DNA of 64,000 bases, taken from the NCBI GenBank assembly GCA_051294375.1, contig CM119268.1, forward strand, positions 11,490,200-11,554,199, read 5' to 3'. A program made the translations under genes and the position numbers. The stretch is from Paraspadella gotoi. Taxonomy: Eukaryota; Animalia; Chaetognatha. Under the pieces are notes generated by a model that was not told where the DNA came from, did no database searches, and was given only the letters and a program-made list of their open reading frames with translations. Numbering within the stretch: the stretch's first letter is position 1; each line of letters opens with the position of its first letter. Shown one piece after another: positions 53,146 to 64,000 of the stretch.

Positions 53146-54972
53146 TTTTTGCCATTCCTCTTCACGAACTTCCATTAGTAATCGTATCTCCTGTGGGAAA
53201 CTTAGCAATGTTGTTTTTAAATTCATCTCTCATAATTTAAGATTAATACTTGAATATTCTGAAATTTTTTATTTCACAACTTTCATATAAGTATAAGTTT
53301 CTTTACAATTAAAAAAAAACAATAAAAAGCAAAGACCTATAAACTATGTATCAAATAAATTTGATTAAATAATAAGATTAAATACTAAATCCTTCATAAA
53401 ATATAAAAATAGAAAATAGTGAAACAAGTAATTTGCAAATTTTCATAAATAATAATAGATACCATATCCTACGGCAATTTTCCAAGCGACATAAGTTATG
53501 ATTTAACCTCGATTCTTCAACTCTATTTTTTCTCAGTTCCTTTTTCCAGCCTCGATTCTGCCTCGCGCGTTAGACTCCGACCTCCCTAGTCTCTTTATGC
53601 TCTCGTGTCGGTGAGTTCATACGGCTGACGTCGGCGCGTTGAATGAGTAATTTCCACCGCCCCCTACAGGGTGATTTAACGACATTGTCAAACAAACCGT
53701 CGCCAGTAGTTGAGCGGAAATATTCATAGACGTCCATGTTTGCCCCGATGCTTTTGTATCATTGTCACGTTTTCTTCTTACTTGGTACATATAAAGTTAA
53801 TTGTCAAAAGAATCTTTAACNNNNNNNNNNCATTGTCAGGTTATCTTCTTACTTCCACTAATGGTACATATAAAGTTAATTGTCAAAAGAATTTTTAAAT
53901 AAAATGATTTTCTCGACGTGTTTAGTTTTAGTTTTAGTTTTAGCGTCAGAATTAAAGTTTAAGAAAATTACATTTCATTACACAACTTCAATCTCACACT
54001 CGTCAAAGTGACAACCTTTTCCCGCCTTCTAACGGGAGAGATTTAAGGAGAGAGAATTTTTCCTTGTGAGGGATTAGAATCACGGAGTCGCGGTCGCGAC
54101 GCGTCGCACGTTGGACGGACCGTGAATCACCGTCGCACTGAACCGTCGATCACGTTTACCGTTCACTGCCTCGTCACTCTTCGTCAAAACACATCGATCA
54201 CAGACGTTTAAAAAAAAAGTGGGATTGTTTAAACAATTTCCCACATCGGGCCATATTAGTCTGATCCCTGCGAAAAAACTATCCGAAACAACGTCGAACA
54301 ATCTTACGCCACGATGACGTTTACTATTTTTTACCGAACCACATCACAGGGCAACGACTCTTATTTCTTCACATCAAACTCTCACTTTCACTCTCTCTTT
54401 CTTCGTGTTCACATCACACCCACTCATCCCTCCCCCTTTCGCTCCCCCCTCATCCTCTCTCGCCCACGTTTCCACGCTCCCACGCTCTCACATCAGGAGG
54501 CTCTCATAATTCGCCCGATCGTTGGCGGCTTCCCTCGGAGGTCCAGAGTTCGAGGCCTGATGGCGGCCTGACCTTTATAAACGAGACCCGTTCGAGCGGA
54601 AGATTTGCCGCGTTGGCTTTCCAGGTTGGGAATCAAGGAACCAAAATTGTTCCGTGAGGTTATTACATGGAGAACTGGTGAACCTAAATCGGTGATGAAA
54701 TCTCGCACTATCAAAGTATTTTAATAAAAGAAAAAATGACGACATTCGTGTTTCTCTGTGATCACACCACCTCTACAATCACCCCTTACCCCATCTCACA
54801 GTCACGAGCCTAACTCGGTTTCTCGCCCCAGTGACGCTCGCTCGTGACGTCACGTTCGCGCGACACAGTCACCGCCTTCACCGCCATCCACGCCCCTTTC
54901 TCAGCCATCGCGGTTTATCGAAGGGAGTTAGTTGCCTTTTCGCTTCTCTCGTTTGGTCTCTAACTGGTAACC

Positions 54973-55022
<50 letters not shown>

Positions 55023-57616
55023 CCCCGCGGTCGAAAAACCATCTGTGGTCCGCGTTTTTCGCTTCGACAACAAAAGGCGACGATTCTCGGACGGAATGCT
55101 GTTCGCGAAATGAGAGACTGAAATATCATCATCAGTCAAGGACAATTATCACAACTACCGACTTGGCGCATTCCACTTCTTTCGCGTCATCGATAAAATA
55201 TCGAATTATTGAATTTGACTTTTTTAAAAAGTATTTGTCATGAAAACGTGAAATTTGTCAATAGCTCGTCAGCCAAAACGGTGATAGAAGTAACATAATT
55301 CATCGACATCCCCATTTCCCTTTTATAGTCGAACCCATACGATCCTCCTCCCATTCAAAAGGGACGCATCATCGCCGATCTCCTATCCGCTCGGACTTTC
55401 CTAGACTCTTTTTTTTTTCATTGACTCTCTTTCATTCTTTCATTCATCGCCTCGTTTCTCCTCTTTTATTCATCGACGTTTAATTCAATTCGTTCACCTT
55501 TTCTCCTCGGAACTTCGCATTCATTCTGGTCATTCAGTCCGACGCCCATCGAAGATTCTCACGCTTGCCTGACTCGCCTGAATCCATTTCAGCGAAAAAA
55601 ATTGACGCTTTCTATTCTTTTATGGTTTTTTTTATATTTTTTCCTGCTGCCTCATAACCAAGGTTTAAAGAAGAATTGTTATAATTTCCATCTCTTTTTT
55701 TTATGTCACGTATTTCTAAGATAGAAAAAAAAATCATTTCCTCTGAACAATGAAATAAAAATAGAAATATCACGATTAATGACGATGATGGAAAAAATGT
55801 TATTAACCTGCCCTTTATAATTATATTAATAAGGTCAAAGCGTTGTCGATCCCTGCTGCTGCAAAGCATCGTTGCCAGTGAATCGAGTCTTCCGTGAAGG
55901 AGTCTGGAGAACCGCGGGACTAAGAATTTGTAGCCTTGGAGAATAATGGCTAAGGCGCTTGAGAGAAGAATTGGAGCAGCGTTGAAGAGTAATGTCTGCG
56001 GCGCTGGAAAGAAAATGGCTGCGGACCTGCGGTGCTGGACAGAATAATTTAGGGAACGCCCAAAGAGAAGAAGGACAATGATGCAGGATAAATAAAATAG
56101 CTGCGGTGCTGGATGGAGCAATGAGCGATTAAAAGAAGATAGGAAGACGAATTTCAGCAACGCTGGACTGAATAATCTGTGCCATATATGGCAGAGTACA
56201 AAACATCTCAAAGTTTATAAAGTAAACTGTGGAGAGCTAAGATTTTGTTTTTCTTTGTTAAACGAAGTACAGAACGGTTTTACATACTAACGACTCGGGG
56301 TTCACCGAATTGGAGAGAGCAACGACCGTAAACGTATTCTTCCTTCGCACTTTCAATTTATTCTTCAACAAACTGCGTACTACATAGATACATAGTCTCT
56401 AGAAATTTCCATCGACTCGTTTATTTAAATGAAATCTTTTTTGAACGAATACATATTAACGAATACATATTAACGATCCCTCCGGCGCTTACGCTTAATT
56501 AGGTCCTTCAACTCTTGTCCAGGGACTTCTTGATGGAACGCGATTAGCATTTTTGATGGAACTTTTGATTTTTCTTTCTTCGTGGGGGGGGGGGCAGGGT
56601 AAATAATGCAAAACGCAGTCTGTCCCAATATTTATAGAATTCTTTCATAAAATAATCAATTTTAATAGGATTTCAATCATTAATTTTTTTTTAATTTGCC
56701 GCAAGATGCCCTCAGATACTAGAATCGTTTTACATTTCAGGTTCAGAGTCGAAAGCAAATAACTTTTTCCATTTATTTATGAGCAGGACATAAATAACCT
56801 TGAAAGGTCCATTGGCGAACCTGAGAGGAACAAAGTCCGCTTTTGATTGGCAAATGAAAATCGGAATGTGGCGGGAAAATTGGAATCAAAGGTCGGAAAC
56901 AACGACGACGACGACGACAACGACGATGACGACGACGACGGAGAAACAGGAAACAAGAGTCGCCGTCTGTGCCCATGAAAACGGATTGCCAAGGGAAAGT
57001 GCAAGGCAAGATCGCAAGATGGCGCGAGATGGCAAAAAGGCAAAAGGGCGAGGAGGTGAATAGGGGGGGCCGGTTTTTGGAATGCGTGTTATATGCGTTA
57101 CGCAAGTGAAACAACACAGATTTGAAAAAAAAATTACCACCAAAATCCAAAAGGCAAACACGGTAGAAAACAACCTGATAAGGAAGGATTAAATGAGAAA
57201 AAAGGAAATAAAAAGGAATAAAAAAGGAAAAGAGGAAAGTCGATGCGAAAGTTAGTTGGATGGCGTGGACTCGGGAAAAGGATTAACTGGTCGGGGANNN
57301 NNNNNNNNNNNNNNNNNNNNNNNNNNNNNNNNNNNNNNNNNNNNNNNNNNNNNNNNNNNNNNNNNNNNNNNNNNNNNNNNNNNNNNNNNNNNNNNNNNNN
57401 NNNNNNNNNNNNNNNNNNNNNNNNNNNNNNNNNNNNNNNNNNNNNNNNNNNNNTTTTGCTACGAATGATGAGAGAAAAAAATGTTTTGAGTATTTTAAAA
57501 ACTTAATAATCTGAATAGATACATAATTTATAAATGTCTTGAATCAATTACGTTTTTCAGTCATCGTAATAAAACGGCATAACACAACCGTATTGGTAAT
57601 GAAAAGTCCGAAAGCA

Positions 57617-57963
57617 AACGATAGTCCGAAAGCAAACGATAGTCAGAATTAATTTAATTCATCTAAACTAAAGAAGGATAAATAAACGCAAAAGTCGTTT
57701 AGCTAAACGGAGCCATTTAAAGATGATTCGCGGGGGTCAAAGCTGGGATTACTTAAGAGGCGGAAGTGGGAGGTCGAAGGGAGAGAGTTAACCGATAGTC
57801 CGAAAGCAAACGATAGTCAGAATTAATTTAATTTCATCTAACTAAAGACAGATAAATAAACGCAAAAGTCGCTTAGCAAACGGAGCCATTAAAGATGATT
57901 CGCGGGTTCAAAGCTGCGGATTACTTAAGAGCGGAAGTGCGCGAGTCGAAGGGAGAAGTTAAC
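57617..57963. repeat. ~170-bp tandem duplication whose copies differ by single-base indels
   Basis: CGATAGTCCGAAAGCAAACGATAGTCAGAATTAATTTAA...GTTAAC occurs twice; the indel pattern suggests a noisy-read overlap. Confidence 0.7.
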
Positions 57964-59299
57964 GGAACGAATGACGTTCGAAACAAAATGGTTTCCAGAT
58001 GGAAAATTTCATCCGACTATGTCATACCTATTTAGGGCATTCCGCTTGGAACTGACCCGTGACTGCGTTAAGTACCGTCCTTACTATATATCGCACATAA
58101 AGCGGAGCACAAGTTCAAGAGAGAGAGAGGAGAGAGAAAAAAACAGTTCTTTTTCAATCTTGTCGTAAGTTTCGGGGGTCAGGACAGGAGACACCTTTTT
58201 CTTCGACACAGAATTTGTTCAAAAGCTGAATATCGATTTTTGTTTTGGGGGGGGTGAGGGGGGGGTGAGGGGTGGGAACGGAATTTTATGATCCTGGAGC
58301 TTGACTAACTAAGTGACCTTATCTTTCAAAAAGAAAAAAAAGAAGAAAAATGGATCGACGGAGAAGAACCGAAAGTGGCCGCGTGAAAGCATGTATTAAG
58401 CACCGGTTAAATTTTCTGCGTCACTTTTCGATTCGCCCATATATTTTTCGCGAGAATTTTTAACCTCACTCTCAATCAACTAATTTTCACCAAGATAAAC
58501 TCATAAAAAGTGTTTCGCTCGCCATGAAACGCTGTTTTACGAGTTTCCAAAGGACGTTTTATGAAAATACAGAAGTTTACCACCTTTGATATACTTTCGT
58601 AAGNNNNNNNNNNNNNNNNNNNNNNNNNCAAGAGGGACTCGCGTTAAACAATTCTACGGTGGTCGAAATACTACGTTCGTCTCCGCCTTGGCATAGAAAA
58701 TGTCAAACAATTTTCTACAGGCCGGAATGTTTTTGTTTTCCAAAATTCATATGAACGTAATGGATTTTCAAAATTCTGGAAAGGCCTTGATTTCGGCCTA
58801 AACTTGAAATTCTCCGAAATTGAAACTTAATGGAAAGAAGGAGAAAGACAAAGAAGTAAGAAATAACAAAAGGTTTTATTGAGTCGACACAAAGGAAAAG
58901 AATTTAAGAATGGAGGAAAGATATTTTTTCTTCTTCTAAAAACAGAAATAAAAAAAAAAGAACAAAGGAGAATTCATTTGAAATGAAAAAGATTGTTAGA
59001 AAAAAAAAATTATAAACGGTGAAAAAAAGTATCTCTAGTCATATTAGAATATTGAAAAATGATACGTAGAAAACACGATATGGTCTCCAAAAAAATTAAA
59101 ATTCAAAAATTCCACCCCTTAAAAAAAAACAAAAAAACCCAAAAACCAAATAAACAAAGAAAACAAGAGAGAGGTGAAAGGATGGAGCCTCCCGGGATTC
59201 GTTGTCGCCAAGATCGAGCGGAGAATAAATTGCGCCGACTCAGCAAAATGGCGGAGGCACTTAATGAAATGGAAAAGAAAGGAATCGGAATAATTGGAG

Positions 59300-59410
59300 A
59301 GATGAAAAGCGGAAAAAATGGAACGGTAAAAGTTGGTAAGATGAGAAGCGGAAAATATGGAACGGTAAAAGTTGGTAAGATGAGAAGCGGAATAAATGGA
59401 GATGTGAGAA
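59300..59410. repeat. 39-bp tandem repeat x~3
   Basis: ATGAGAAGCGGAAAATATGGAACGGTAAAAGTTGGTAAG units at 59302, 59341 and 59380. Confidence 0.85.
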
Positions 59411-61034
59411 TTGTGAAAGTCTTTGTCTAAATCGAAGAGGAAAAGAAAAAGAAAAGAAGTACAATTAGAGTCAAAATAAAAATTGAAGACGGGCCGAGTG
59501 AACTCGGAGAGTTTCTAAAGAGATCGCTCTCGCTCTCGCTCTCTCAACCTCCTTTGTTATACACAGCCATCAGACCGCGAGTACGGCAGGCCAAAGATTA
59601 TTACAGTTCTCAGCAAATAGAAAAATCGCTATAGTTCAGTTTTAATCAATATTGCCATAAGACCATTTAAGCTTTTAATATCATCATAATCATAATCAAC
59701 ATCCGTCTTGAAAAAAGGTCGGGTGCATGTCGCTTTCACTCACTCTCGCTATCGTCCTCGTCTTCCCCTTTCAACATAGGCGATAGACAAGATATACAAG
59801 CATTTTCTTTCGGAATTTTATCAAGCAATAGATGTCTTATGGTAGCTTCATTGACGGATTACTTTTAGATTTTTCGATCATTTTGTCACTGGCTGCATTG
59901 TCAAAACGGTATTTGTCGGAGTGAGGCAAAACACTCCCTTGCGAATCCATTTCATTGAAATTGAGAAGCAGTGGTCGAGAACTGACCTCTATCGAGTAGT
60001 GGTCGTCGGTATTGTTGTTGTAAAATAGATTAATTAAAACAACGCGTGAAATTAATTTCGTAAAAATGGTGAATGCAAAAAAAAAAAAAAAACAAATAAT
60101 GGCGTCAAGTGAGAAGAAGTAATTGAAAAATGTGACATGAAATTAAAAAGTAGGATTTATTTAGACAAAGAAAAAGTGAAATGCTTTTTCCGAGGGGAAA
60201 TTTGTTCCACAACAACCACGACGCGTTTCCCGACAAATTAATTTTAGTTGGAAGATGAGAAGTAGGGGGTGGAGGAGGAGGAGGAGGAAGAGGGAGAGGG
60301 AGTGAAGGGTATTCAAAGAAGAGACACTAGAGAATGCCATTGCCGAAAAAGATGGAACATCGCAGTAAAGTATGCGGTAAGGATAAAGGAACAAGGAACT
60401 AAAACTTAAAAGGAAAGGTCGGAGCAATGACAGAGATAAAAAAAGGACGGAGGAAGCAATTGAAAGAGAGAGAAAAAAAGGCAAAGACTAGTCAAAAATA
60501 GGTTGAGTAAAGAGGTTAAAAAATGAAGGTGGGTTTTGGGTCGTGGGTGCGTTGCGAGACGAGGAGGCCGGAGAGAAAAGAGGGAAGGCAAAGTAATTAC
60601 TCTTTCAAAGACAACAATGGCGGAGAGGCGACAACACGTCGGTTTTGGTGAGANNNNNNNNNNNNNNNNNNNNNNNNNNNNNNNNNNNNNNNNNNNNNNN
60701 NNNNNNNNNNNNNNNNNNNNNNNNNNNNNNNNNNNNNNNNNNNNNNNNNNNNNNNNNNNNNNNNNNNNNNNNNNNNNNNNNNNNNNNNNNNNNNNNNNNN
60801 NNNNAGAGAGAGAGAGAGAGAGTTATCGGTGAGGCGCGCTTTTATAATTTAGGTCGGAATGGATTCGGAAAGCGAAGTGCTATCGAAATGCAAAAATCGA
60901 TATCTTTGAGGAATAAGGCCATAGTGTAGAAAAGTACATTGAAAAAAAAACTTTCTGCAAAATTGTTTTGTCTGAAATGCTTATAATTCTCTAAAATTCT
61001 TATTACTTATGCCTATAAATAAATATAATAAATA

Positions 61035-61096
<62 letters not shown>

Positions 61097-61592
61097 ATTC
61101 GAAGATCGGAACCGACAATAAAATCTCCAAAAAGCAAATATGGCGTCGGCGAATCTCGGCATCTGGAGAGAATGACGACGATGATGATGATGATGATGAT
61201 GATGNNNNNNNNNNNNNNNNNNNNNNNNNNNNNNNNNNNNNNNNNNNNNNNNNNNNNNNNNNNNNNNNNNNNNNNNNNNNNNNNNNNNNNNNNNNNNNNN
61301 NNNNNNNNNNNNNNNNNNNNNNNNNNNNNNGTCCACCCGGGGGTCGGGTCCGGATTTGTTTGATGAGTCGAGCTGTGAAAAACAGATCGTTTTCGGTGGG
61401 TGAGTTAAAGGGGCGGAGGTCAGGAATCACGGAGTCGAGTGAGTGAAAGCTCAAACCTCGAAGGTTTACGGATTTGTTTTGGTTTTGTTTTGTTTTTTAT
61501 TCTTCTGTTTCGTCGTTTCGCGCCTGAGATTGTGAGAACGAGTTTTATGGGCGAAACGGAGAGAATATGACCGAAATTCCGAGGAAGCGATT

Positions 61593-61626
<34 letters not shown>

Positions 61627-63234
61627 TGAGGACAGACGACGACGACGACGACGACGACGATGAGGACAGACGACGATCCGCGAAGTCGGTTGACCTTGAT
61701 AAACATCGTTAACGACAATTACGACTCGGAATTTAAGCAGACGACGACGTCAAATTTTTGCCTTCGATCCTCGATAACGACGACGACGATGACGATGACG
61801 ACGACGTCGACGATCTCGACTTTTATCGGCGTCGAATTATGGAAAACGATGATGGCGACGAATTTTCTGTTTACGTCGACGACAACATAAAAAATGGAAT
61901 TTTTAGTCCGCCTCTTTCTTTTTTTTTGCTTGACTTGGGTTGTTCGACTCGTATCTCTTTTTCTTTTCTTATTTTCTCTTTGTCTCTCTTTATCTCTTAC
62001 TCTATGTCTCTCTCTTTCTTTCNNNNNNNNNNNNNNNNNNNNNNNNNNNNNNNNNNNNNNNNNNNNNNNNNNNNNNNNNNNNNNNNNNNNNNNNNNNNNN
62101 NNNNNNNNNNNNNNNNNNNNNNNNNNNNNNNNNNNNNNNNNNNNNNNNNNNNNNNNNNNNNNNNNNNNNNNNNNNNNNNNNNNNNNNNNNNNNNNNNNNN
62201 NNNNNNNNNNNNNNNNNNNNNNNNNNNNNNNNNNNNNNNNNNNNNNNNNNNNNNNNNNNNNNNNNNNNNNNNNNNNNNNNNNNAACCAATATAAAAGTGT
62301 TAGTGAAGACAGATATATTTAATATTATCATTAACCAAAATGAATAACTAAACTGATCTCTTTCATCTAGAGGCCCTCAATCTCTTGATAAATTCCCACA
62401 GTCCACCCGGCTCCATCGGCGTTAACAAAATGCTCTGAAATCTGCATTGTGCCCATTACCAGTTGCGGGACTGTCGATGTTGCTGCCAGAAAAGAGTTTC
62501 ATACACAAAAAGTAGAAAATCTAATTTAGGTCGAAATTTTGTTTGTTTGTTTATTTATTATGTTGATCTATCTTCCAACTACTTTAAAAATGTTTTCTGC
62601 ATACAGCATATTCGACTCTTCAAATCAATTTATCGGTCAACCCCTTACATCTTATTGGTAAAAATTGAGATATATTATATAGTATGTAGTATAGTCCAGT
62701 ATCCATTCTTCCATCTAAAAAAAACTAATGCTCATCAATTTCCTAATTAAAATATCACTTAAAATAAGAAATATGTAAGACTCATGTCACGACTCATCAT
62801 GTTGAAATCTCTGTGTACTTACTTAAATGATCTGAATAGCCGATGTGCGCAGATCCGATATTGTATGTTCAAACTTGTTTCTTTCTCTTTTTTACGTTCC
62901 TAATCACTCCTTCAAAAAATTTCCTTTTTTCTTTCCTCTTTCGTCCTTCTGTGCTCTGAACTAGTTCGTCCCGAAAAATCTTTCTCTCTTTTCGTTCTTT
63001 CAACAAAAGAGCAAACTGCACGAGAAGGAAATATTGGAAAGAAAACTGGAAAAAAAAAGTCTGACAGAAAAAAGTGAGACAGAAAGAACTTGGATAAATG
63101 ACTTGACGGGAAAAGGGTGATAAAATTTGCAGTTTCAATTTGTTTTCGCTTAAATAATATTAAAGGGGGAAGAATTGGTCATGGTTGTGTTTTTTTTTTA
63201 TATGATTCCTTTTCTTTTTTTTTTTACAAAAAAA

Positions 63235-64000
63235 TTTAATAGGGTTTATATTATGTTTGAGTTTTTTTGATTCCAGTTTTTTTTTAATTTTTAGGTTAGG
63301 TATCAACCGGAAAAACTTAATGCATGTAGTTATTTAGCCTCTATACACTATTATGGTTCTTTCCTTTGTTATATATGTATGTATGGTGAAAAATCTATAT
63401 ATATATATATATATAGATTTTTCTCCAAGGAATTTTTGTTTTTTTATTTTATTAGTTATATAGTAAAACTCCTATATATATACTACATATTTGATTCCCT
63501 AAAGCTCATGTGAAGCACCTGTAGCAGATCAATAGTTTTAGCTGGTATTTTGCTAAAGATGGAACTTACGTCTTTTCATTTTTTTTCCAACTATATATTT
63601 TAGGGGTATTCAATATTTTTTTATATTATTCTTATTGTGGGGGAGCTTTTAGAACTCTTTTATGTCTTCGGTCAGATTGATATAAAAAACTTAGTGGCAT
63701 ACTCTAGAGTTTGTTTCATATGCTATAGCTTCTTTGGATTAATGAGAGGTATGAAATTAGGTTTTTCTGGGTGTCTCATGTTATGTATTTCACATGTCTT
63801 TGTTCACAATATTGTTTGGTTTAGTAAGATTTTATATTCAAATTCGCATACGCGTTTGTTAAATTTTAATAAGGGATTTAGAAGAAATGGTTTTTAATCT
63901 TTATTATTTTTTCTTAATCGCTGTAAATATGTCAGTTCTCCATCATTAAATTTTTAGGGAATTTTTTGTATTTCTTCAATTTTTTAGAGTCTTTTTCTTT
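63235..64000 (+). pseudogene. nad4: degraded mitochondrial NADH dehydrogenase subunit 4 segment (NUMT), running off the window end
   Basis: ND4 motifs in the correct order across frameshifts: YIMFE, YQPEKLNA, W(TGA)FPKAHV-APVA-SMVLAGILLK, RQID, LVAYSS(AGA)V, ISH, YSNSHTRLL, NMSV..SLNF. Composition is T-rich, with a (TA)n run at ~63396-63415. Confidence 0.85.

Overview
This is eukaryotic (invertebrate animal) nuclear DNA. It is AT-rich, dense in (AG)n/(ACG)n microsatellites, and contains many N gaps and some noisy, indel-rich patches. Most ORF-track entries are microsatellite or antisense shadows. Splicing exons by hand gives four multi-exon minus-strand genes: a PhyH-family Fe(II)/2-oxoglutarate dioxygenase (6486-10220); two tandem paralogous rhodopsin-class peptide-receptor-like GPCRs (12387-16787 intact; 18451-22118 with three indels in exons 1-2); and a third, more distant GPCR (25578-43138, ~941 aa) with a ~560-aa C-terminal tail. 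An intronless, divergent arylamine N-acetyltransferase-fold gene (14785-15825, +) with a Cys-His-Asp triad and C-terminal SRL is nested antisense in intron 2 of the first GPCR. Mobile or foreign DNA comprises a solo LTR with a 5-bp TSD, a tRNA-derived SINE, palindromic MITE-like elements (two carrying degenerate TTAGGG arrays) and a degraded mitochondrial nad4 segment at the right edge. All gene models are manual and lack transcript support. I found no coding gene between about 43.2 and 63.2 kb.
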